DNA from: an uncultured delta proteobacterium
Lineage (GTDB): Bacteria; Myxococcota_A; Polyangia; Polyangiales; Polyangiaceae
NCBI GenBank assembly: GCA_963696385.1
Contig: CAVOKF010000003.1
Location: forward strand, 192,001-256,000
Length of the DNA: 64,000 nt
Direction of reading: 5' to 3'
The translations under genes were made by a program, and so were the position numbers. Position 1 is the stretch's first letter; every line of letters begins with the position of its first letter. This document shows positions 56,994-64,000 of the stretch, piece by piece. The notes under the pieces were generated by a model. It was not told the origin of the DNA and searched no databases. It saw nothing but the letters and a program-made list of their open reading frames with translations.

Positions 56994-58673
56994 ATGATTG
57001 TCCTGAACAACGTCACCAAGCGCTACGGGCCCAAGATCCTCTTCGAGAACGTCAGCGTGCAGTTCGACCCCGGCAAGCGCTACGGCGTTACGGGCGCAAA
57101 CGGGGCCGGTAAGTCGACGCTCATCGAGATGTTGGCGGGGCAAGAGGATTGGGACGCCGGCAGTATCGACGTGCCGGGAGGCCTGCGGGTGGGCGTCCTC
57201 GAGCAGAACCATTTCACCTACGATGGGCAGCGTATCATCGACACGGTCATGGCCGGCAAGGCCGAGCTCTGGGCGGCGATGGTCGAGAAGGACAAACTCT
57301 TGGCCGGCGAGGTCGACGACGCAGTCGGCGTCCGGCTGGCTGAGCTCGAAGGGGTGATTGCCGACTACGATGGGTATTCGGCGGAGGGCGAGGCGGCCGA
57401 GCTGCTGGTCGGTCTCGGGATCGGCGGCGAGCGCCACGCCGACGCGATGAAGACGCTGCCCGCCGGATACAAGCTGCGTGTGCTTCTCGCCAAGGTGCTC
57501 TTCGGGCGGCCCGACGTCATGCTGTTGGACGAGCCGACCAACCATCTTGATCTCGAGTCGATTCATTGGCTCATCCGATTCCTGGTCGACGAGCACAAGG
57601 GAACCCTCCTGGTGGTCTCGCACGACCGGCATTTTCTCAATTCGGTCGCCACGCACGTGGCCGACATCGATTTCCGCACGGTCACGATCTACACGGGCAA
57701 CTACGCCGAGTTCGTGGGCGCCAAGTACGAGAACCAGCAGCGAGCGGAAGCCACGGCCCAGAGCGCGAAAAAGAAGATTGGCGAGCTGCAGGATTTCGTG
57801 CAGCGCTTCGGTTCCCACGCATCCAAGAGCAAACAAGCGCAAAGCCGTCTGAAGCAAATCGAGAAGCTCGAGGACATCGTCGAGACAAAAGGAGCCAAGC
57901 GTTCGAGCCTTGTGCGCCCGTACGTTCGATTCGACATCGCGAAGCCGAGCGGGCGAGACGTGGCGCGGGTCGACGCGGTGCGCAAGGGCTTCGGCCACAA
58001 CATCGTCCTCGACGGGGTTACGCTGAACTTGAACCGCGGTGATCGCGTCGCCGTGATCGGTCGGAGTGGCATCGGAAAGTCGACGCTCCTCAAGCTACTC
58101 GTCGGCGCATACAAGGAACTCGACTCCGAGACCCAGCCGTATGCGCTGGCGCCGGACGCGGGAGACGTCCGATGGGGTCATGACGCAAGCGTTGGCTACT
58201 TTGCCCAGGACCACCACGAAGCGCTCGGAGCCACGGCCAAGGGGACGACGCCGTACGATTGGCTGTATCGTTTCGATCCCACACGGACCAAGGAAGACAT
58301 CCGATCCATTCTCGGGCGATTGTTGTTCAGTGGAGAGGCCGCACTGAAGCCGACGGAAGCGCTTTCCGGTGGTGAGGCAGCGAGACTGCTCCTAGGAAAA
58401 ATGGTCCTCGGGCGGCACAACGTGCTGGTGCTGGACGAGCCGACCAACCACCTGGACATCGAGTCGATTGAGGGCCTGCTCGAGGGCCTGATCAAGTTCG
58501 AGGGGACGGTCGTGTTCGTGAGCCACGACCACCACTTCGTGTCTCGACTCGCCACACGCGTGATCGATCTTCGCGACCGCGCGTCGGGCACGGCGCGCCG
58601 CGGCTGCGAACTCGTCGACTTCACAGGAACCTACGACGAATACGTCGACCGCAATGCCCGTGCGGCAGGCTGA
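56994..58673 (+). CDS. ABC-F family ATPase (YbiT-like)
   Basis: Two NBDs (GANGAGKS, GRSGIGKS, LDEPTNHLD twice, VSHD), inter-domain linker SKQAQSR, no TM. Confidence 0.93.
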   Translation: MIVLNNVTKRYGPKILFENVSVQFDPGKRYGVTGANGAGKSTLIEMLAGQEDWDAGSIDVPGGLRVGVLEQNHFTYDGQRIIDTVMAGKAELWAAMVEKDKLLAGEVDDAVGVRLAELEGVIADYDGYSAEGEAAELLVGLGIGGERHADAMKTLPAGYKLRVLLAKVLFGRPDVMLLDEPTNHLDLESIHWLIRFLVDEHKGTLLVVSHDRHFLNSVATHVADIDFRTVTIYTGNYAEFVGAKYENQQRAEATAQSAKKKIGELQDFVQRFGSHASKSKQAQSRLKQIEKLEDIVETKGAKRSSLVRPYVRFDIAKPSGRDVARVDAVRKGFGHNIVLDGVTLNLNRGDRVAVIGRSGIGKSTLLKLLVGAYKELDSETQPYALAPDAGDVRWGHDASVGYFAQDHHEALGATAKGTTPYDWLYRFDPTRTKEDIRSILGRLLFSGEAALKPTEALSGGEAARLLLGKMVLGRHNVLVLDEPTNHLDIESIEGLLEGLIKFEGTVVFVSHDHHFVSRLATRVIDLRDRASGTARRGCELVDFTGTYDEYVDRNARAAG

Positions 58674-58689
58674 GCCGCCGTCGCCGAAG

Positions 58690-59775
58690 TCAGATCGAGG
58701 GCGCCGCGGCTCGGTTCGCGGACGTGACGAGCTTGGCGAAGGCCTCCTTGTCCGACGCCTTTTGTAGCGCCACTTCCGGCGCGACCGTTCCGTCCCGGAC
58801 GTGCCGCTCGAGCGACATGTCCATCGTTTGCATCCCCTGGCCCTGGCCGGCTTGCATCAGGCTGGGAATCTGGAATGTCTTGTTTTCGCGAATCATGGAC
58901 GCGAGAGCGGGGGATCCGATGAGAATTTCGTGTGCCGCGACGCGACGCGTGCCATCCGCGGTCCGGAGCAATTGCTGCGCGACGATTCCCGCGAGGCTTT
59001 CAGCAAGCATGCCGCGTACCTGTGGCTGCTCGTCGGCGGGAAAGGCGTTGACGATACGGTCAATCGTCGCGGCGGCGCTGTTGGTGTGGACCGTGGCAAA
59101 CACGAGGATGCCGAAGCTCGCGAGCTGGAGTGCGAGTTTCATCGTCTCATTGGTCCTAAGCTCCCCGATCAACATGACGTTCGGATCTTCGCGTCCCGCG
59201 CTGCGGATGGCGTGAGCATACGTCGAAGCGTGAACGCCAATCTCGCGGTGGGTGATGGCTGCCTTGCGTGGAACGTGAACGAACTCGACGGGGTCTTCGA
59301 TGGTCAGCACGTGACATGCCCGGGTCCCGTTGATGCGATCGATCATTGCCGCCAGAGTCGTCGATTTGCCGGAACCGGTCGGCCCCGTCACGAGCACGAG
59401 TCCCGATCGCCGGTCGGCAAGCTTACGTACCGCAGCGGGGCACGCCAGATCGTCCAGCGATAGCACGTGGGTGGGAATCGTCCGAAACACCGCCGCGAGA
59501 CCGGTGACCTTGTGGAAGTAGTTGGCGCGGAAACGCGCCTTGTCTTCGTACGCGTACGCGAAGTCCAGATCGAGATTGTCCAGGATGGTCTGCCTCTGTT
59601 CCGCCGTGACGATTTCGAAAAGGAGCGACGCCATCTCATCGGGCTCGACCGGTGTGTCCCGGATCGGGACCAGCGTGCCGCGCGCTCGGATCATCGGTGG
59701 GTAACCTATCCCGAGGTGCAAATCGCTACCGCCGGCGGCGAGCAACGCGTCGAAGAGTCGATCGATCTGCGCCAT
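58690..59775 (-). CDS. pilT: Type IV pilus retraction ATPase PilT/PilU
   Basis: SDLHL, RFRAN, GPTGSGKST, TIEDPVE, REDP..IGELR, TVHTNS, GMQTMD. ATG overlaps the upstream TAA. Confidence 0.93.
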   Translation of the reverse strand: MAQIDRLFDALLAAGGSDLHLGIGYPPMIRARGTLVPIRDTPVEPDEMASLLFEIVTAEQRQTILDNLDLDFAYAYEDKARFRANYFHKVTGLAAVFRTIPTHVLSLDDLACPAAVRKLADRRSGLVLVTGPTGSGKSTTLAAMIDRINGTRACHVLTIEDPVEFVHVPRKAAITHREIGVHASTYAHAIRSAGREDPNVMLIGELRTNETMKLALQLASFGILVFATVHTNSAAATIDRIVNAFPADEQPQVRGMLAESLAGIVAQQLLRTADGTRRVAAHEILIGSPALASMIRENKTFQIPSLMQAGQGQGMQTMDMSLERHVRDGTVAPEVALQKASDKEAFAKLVTSANRAAAPSI

Positions 59776-61469
59776 TACGAGCTTCGCTTTCCGAAGATTT
59801 GTCCAGCTTTGCCCAGGAGCGTTGCGGGCTCGGGCCTTTTGACCGGATCGGCCGCCGGCTGGGGTCGGTTTGCGCTGGCGAGTGCGGCATCGAGGTCCTC
59901 GGGATTCTCCGCGTACCCGAGGGCTACCTCGCGCGTGATCCGATTGGCACGCACGTGGTCGGCCAGCGACTCGTCGAGCCGAAGGATTCCGAACCCCTTG
60001 CCACGCTGCTGCAAGCTCGGGATCTGGAACGTCTTCGCGTCGCGGATAAGACTCCAGAGCGCCACGGACCCTGGAAGCAACTCCACGGCGGCGACGACGC
60101 CCGAGCCCGAGGCGATCGGGATCAAACGCTGGCCGACGATCAGGTGAAGACCCCCAGCCAGCGTCATGCGCACTTGCTGCTGGTCTGCAGGAGGAAAGAG
60201 GTCGACCACCCGGTCGATGGTCTTCGCCGCGCTCGGCGTGTTCATGGTTCCGATGACCAGGTGTCCCGTTTCGCTGGCGGCGAGCGCCATGCGCACGGTT
60301 TCTGCGTCCCGGAGCTCGCCGACCACGATCACGTCCGGATCTTCGCGCAGCGACCCTTTGAGCGCGGTCGCGAACGATCGGGTGTGTGTGCCTACTTCGC
60401 GCTGGCTGATCATCGCCTTCTTGCGCGGATGCACGTACTCGACCGGATCCTCCACGGTAATCACGTGATGGGTCGTTTCGCGATTGATGATGTCGACGAT
60501 CGCGGCGAGCGTCGTGGTCTTGCCGTGTCCCGTCGGGCCCGTGACGAGTACGAGACCCTGGTGATGATGCGTCGCCCGCTCGATTTCGTGCGGAAGGCCC
60601 AGCGACTCGAGCGTTGGAATCCCCGGCGCGATGCAGCGAAAGCATCCCTTGTATCCCGTCCGCTGTCGCGAAACGTTGACGCGAAAGCGACCCTGCTCGG
60701 GCAGATCGAGCGCGAAGTCGCAAGACCCCTGCTCCTCGAGCGTATGCAGCAGTCGCTCGGGAACCACGCGCAAAAGACGTCGTTCGAGGCCTTTCTCGTC
60801 GAGTGGGTCACCGCTCGGCACCAGATCGCCGTTGCGACGCATCAGTACCGGCCGGCCCGCGACGAGATGGACGTCGCTCGCCTGAGCGCGGCGCGCGGCG
60901 CCGAGCAGCTCCTGCAGTCCTTCGTCGCCCGTGTTGCCCGCGAGCGGCCGGGGGCGAGCCGTCGGAGCCGCCACGCGACGCCCGACGACAGCCGGGGCGA
61001 CGACCGCCGCCCGAAGAATGGGATCCGAAACTTCTGAGCCCCGCTCTGCGCGCGTCTCGGAAGGCGCTGGATCGGAGACTTCTGAGCCCCACTCTGCGCG
61101 CGTCTCGGAAGGCGCCCACGGCGACGCGCCAGAGCCGTCGACGGCGGGCGGCGCCTCGCAGGCCGGACGGCGCGTCGGCACGAATCGCGCTTGCACGCGC
61201 CCGGCATTCATGACGGCTCGAACCTCGACAACGCCTCCGCCATCGATCCGCGCCGTCCAGCGCGCGGCCCTCTCCTCCAGATGGTCGACATACCGGCTGC
61301 CTCCCGCCAAGACCAGCATTTCGAGGATCGCGTCCGTGGAGCGCGCGGTCGAATCGACAGGCTCGTATCGGTGACCGACCTTAACGCACGGCAGTCTGTC
61401 GCTGACCATCGCAAACTCCAGAACTTCCGGCCGCGAAAGCTCGGTCAGCATCTGCGAAAGAGTCTTCAT
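59775..61469 (-). CDS. pilT: PilT/PilU family ATPase with N-terminal extension
   Basis: ASDVHL, RFRVN, GPTGHGKTT, TVEDPVE, LREDPD..VGELRD, ETGHL. About 180 extra N-terminal residues. Confidence 0.88.
   Translation of the reverse strand: MKTLSQMLTELSRPEVLEFAMVSDRLPCVKVGHRYEPVDSTARSTDAILEMLVLAGGSRYVDHLEERAARWTARIDGGGVVEVRAVMNAGRVQARFVPTRRPACEAPPAVDGSGASPWAPSETRAEWGSEVSDPAPSETRAERGSEVSDPILRAAVVAPAVVGRRVAAPTARPRPLAGNTGDEGLQELLGAARRAQASDVHLVAGRPVLMRRNGDLVPSGDPLDEKGLERRLLRVVPERLLHTLEEQGSCDFALDLPEQGRFRVNVSRQRTGYKGCFRCIAPGIPTLESLGLPHEIERATHHHQGLVLVTGPTGHGKTTTLAAIVDIINRETTHHVITVEDPVEYVHPRKKAMISQREVGTHTRSFATALKGSLREDPDVIVVGELRDAETVRMALAASETGHLVIGTMNTPSAAKTIDRVVDLFPPADQQQVRMTLAGGLHLIVGQRLIPIASGSGVVAAVELLPGSVALWSLIRDAKTFQIPSLQQRGKGFGILRLDESLADHVRANRITREVALGYAENPEDLDAALASANRPQPAADPVKRPEPATLLGKAGQIFGKRSS
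61021..61116. repeat. In-frame 48-bp tandem duplication (2 x 16 aa) in the PilT linker
   Basis: Encodes APSETRAEWGSEVSDP / APSETRAERGSEVSDP. Confidence 0.9.
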
Positions 61470-61630
61470 CCAGCCCACCAAGCTACAACGAAAGCCAGCC
61501 ACTCGGGATCCCACGGCCGGATGCCAAGCGATGGCCGACACGAGGCAGACCTCACGCACCCGCCCCTCCGATGCGCGAACGGGTGCGAGCGAGACCTCCG
61601 GCGCCCGCCCGTTTCCCCATCCGAAGCGCG

Positions 61631-62791
61631 CTACGGCGCCGCGGAGACAGGCCGATCGGCGCCGTTGGCGCCGGCCCGCGGCTTCATCATGCCGCCGGCC
61701 TCCCCCCGGGAGTAGGCGTCGAACAGCCGGCCCCACGAAGTCCCCGCCTTCCAGGCCTCGAACGTGCGGCGGTCCTTGCGCGGCCAGCGATAGTAGTCGT
61801 GATAGGCCTCGCTCGCAAAAATGAAGACGTTCACGAGGGGCGTATGAAATAGGAGCTTTTGCGCGCCTTTCAGCGGCCCAAACCACAGCATGTCGCCCGC
61901 GTGGCTGGCGAGATTATCGCCCACGTGAAATCCCCAATTGTCGCGGGAGATGTCGTCGCCCACGATCTCGATGTCGCGCGGATCTCCGACACCGAGCCCG
62001 TCGTCGTGAGCCAAGCGAATGTACTCAATTTTCAACGGGTCAAAGCCCATCATTTTCGCCGCGACGGCGTCGATGGCAACCTGGTCTGCACTGGCAAGCA
62101 TCGTGTCCTTCACGACCGGAATCATCGTGCGAGGTCCGGGGCCGTTGCCCGCGGTCGTGCCATCCATAATGGCGAAAAGGCCCGGATGAATCTCCTTCTG
62201 AATGGCCAGGAGATCGACCAGCGTCTGGTGTATCCAGCTATGGGTATAGTGGCGTTTGGTGGCAAGAAGGCCGCCGAAGGCGTTCTTCATCGCCCCCGTG
62301 GTCGTCGTGTAAATATGGCACTTGACCGTCGGCAAGTGTACGATGTTCTTCCCGAAAAAGTAATCCGGGATCTGGATCCCATCCGGGAAGATGCGGTGCA
62401 ACACGTGCATCGTAGCCTTGGGGCGATATTCGACCCAATTCATGTCCGTCTCTTTGAAATTGTACAGGACGGGGACGCTGTACTTGCGGAATAGCGGCAA
62501 ATAATGATTCAGGTCCTCGCCCTTGAAGGCATTGGTTACGACCGTCTTGTTTTGTACACACGTGACATCGGGAAAGCCTGCGGCTCTCAGCGCCACAATG
62601 GCCCCTTCCATTTGCCACGGCGTCGTATTGGCCGCTGGAAATGGGTAATGCCAAGAAATGTTGTCCTTGAGGATCGTCGTGCAACCCGGCGTCAGCGCGT
62701 GCTTCAGGTCGGCGAGATCGCAAAGCCGAGCGATGTCCCCGAGAATGCTCTCGGGCTTGCACTTCAATACAGCGACTTTCGATTTGGCCAT
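61631..62791 (-). CDS. DUF362 domain protein
   Basis: LKDNISWH, HLPTVKCH...TGAMKN.FG, IMDGT..G.GPGP, DQVAIDAV..MMGFDP. Confidence 0.85.
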   Translation of the reverse strand: MAKSKVAVLKCKPESILGDIARLCDLADLKHALTPGCTTILKDNISWHYPFPAANTTPWQMEGAIVALRAAGFPDVTCVQNKTVVTNAFKGEDLNHYLPLFRKYSVPVLYNFKETDMNWVEYRPKATMHVLHRIFPDGIQIPDYFFGKNIVHLPTVKCHIYTTTTGAMKNAFGGLLATKRHYTHSWIHQTLVDLLAIQKEIHPGLFAIMDGTTAGNGPGPRTMIPVVKDTMLASADQVAIDAVAAKMMGFDPLKIEYIRLAHDDGLGVGDPRDIEIVGDDISRDNWGFHVGDNLASHAGDMLWFGPLKGAQKLLFHTPLVNVFIFASEAYHDYYRWPRKDRRTFEAWKAGTSWGRLFDAYSRGEAGGMMKPRAGANGADRPVSAAP

Positions 62792-62829
62792 GCATTCACC
62801 ACGCGATCCCGCTTGGGGGTGCTGACGAG

Positions 62830-64000
<1,171 letters not shown>

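Noticed and set aside
58690..61886. 677-aa and 703-aa ORF-track versions of the PilT genes
   Set aside because: Their N-terminal extensions overlap neighbouring genes in other frames. Starts at 59775 and 61469 fit homology and gene packing.

Overview
GC-rich bacterial chromosome segment whose gene repertoire (bactofilin, paired PilT ATPases, Ser/Thr kinase and kinase-like proteins, zinc-ribbon/TM proteins, TraB-like beta-barrel) suggests a myxobacterium, probably Polyangiaceae-like (inference). Most of it is core genome. It holds a 5'-complete but 3'-truncated GltD/NfnB-like flavo-Fe-S oxidoreductase, yggX, erpA/iscA, RNase P RNA, maf, a pal-tolQRAB operon, ygfZ, a lipid kinase/START/ABC-permease operon running into lysine 5,6-aminomutase (kamDE), an LptD-like protein, mpg, a frameshifted sucA, an FKBP, an L,D-transpeptidase, folB, a polyprenyl synthase, a DEAD-box helicase, a GH3 glucosidase with a porin, tRNA-Lys(UUU), an ABC-F ATPase, two pilT paralogues, a DUF362 protein and a partial enolase. 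I saw no integrase, transposase or CRISPR array. The most unusual signals are: (1) two diverged copies, 55 kb apart, of a ~170-bp multi-hairpin non-coding element; (2) a 116-bp tandem duplication across an ATGA gene junction that creates a new in-frame 39-aa chimeric membrane peptide; (3) a duplicated 5' half of tRNA-Lys; (4) several remodelled or catalytically dead proteins (kinase C-lobe-GYF-TM-TonB-like protein, GAF-HTH without its AAA+ domain, TPR-pseudozincin, DUF296 fused to a PcrA-like Tudor domain, PilT with a duplicated N-domain). All family assignments come from motif recognition by eye, not from database searches.
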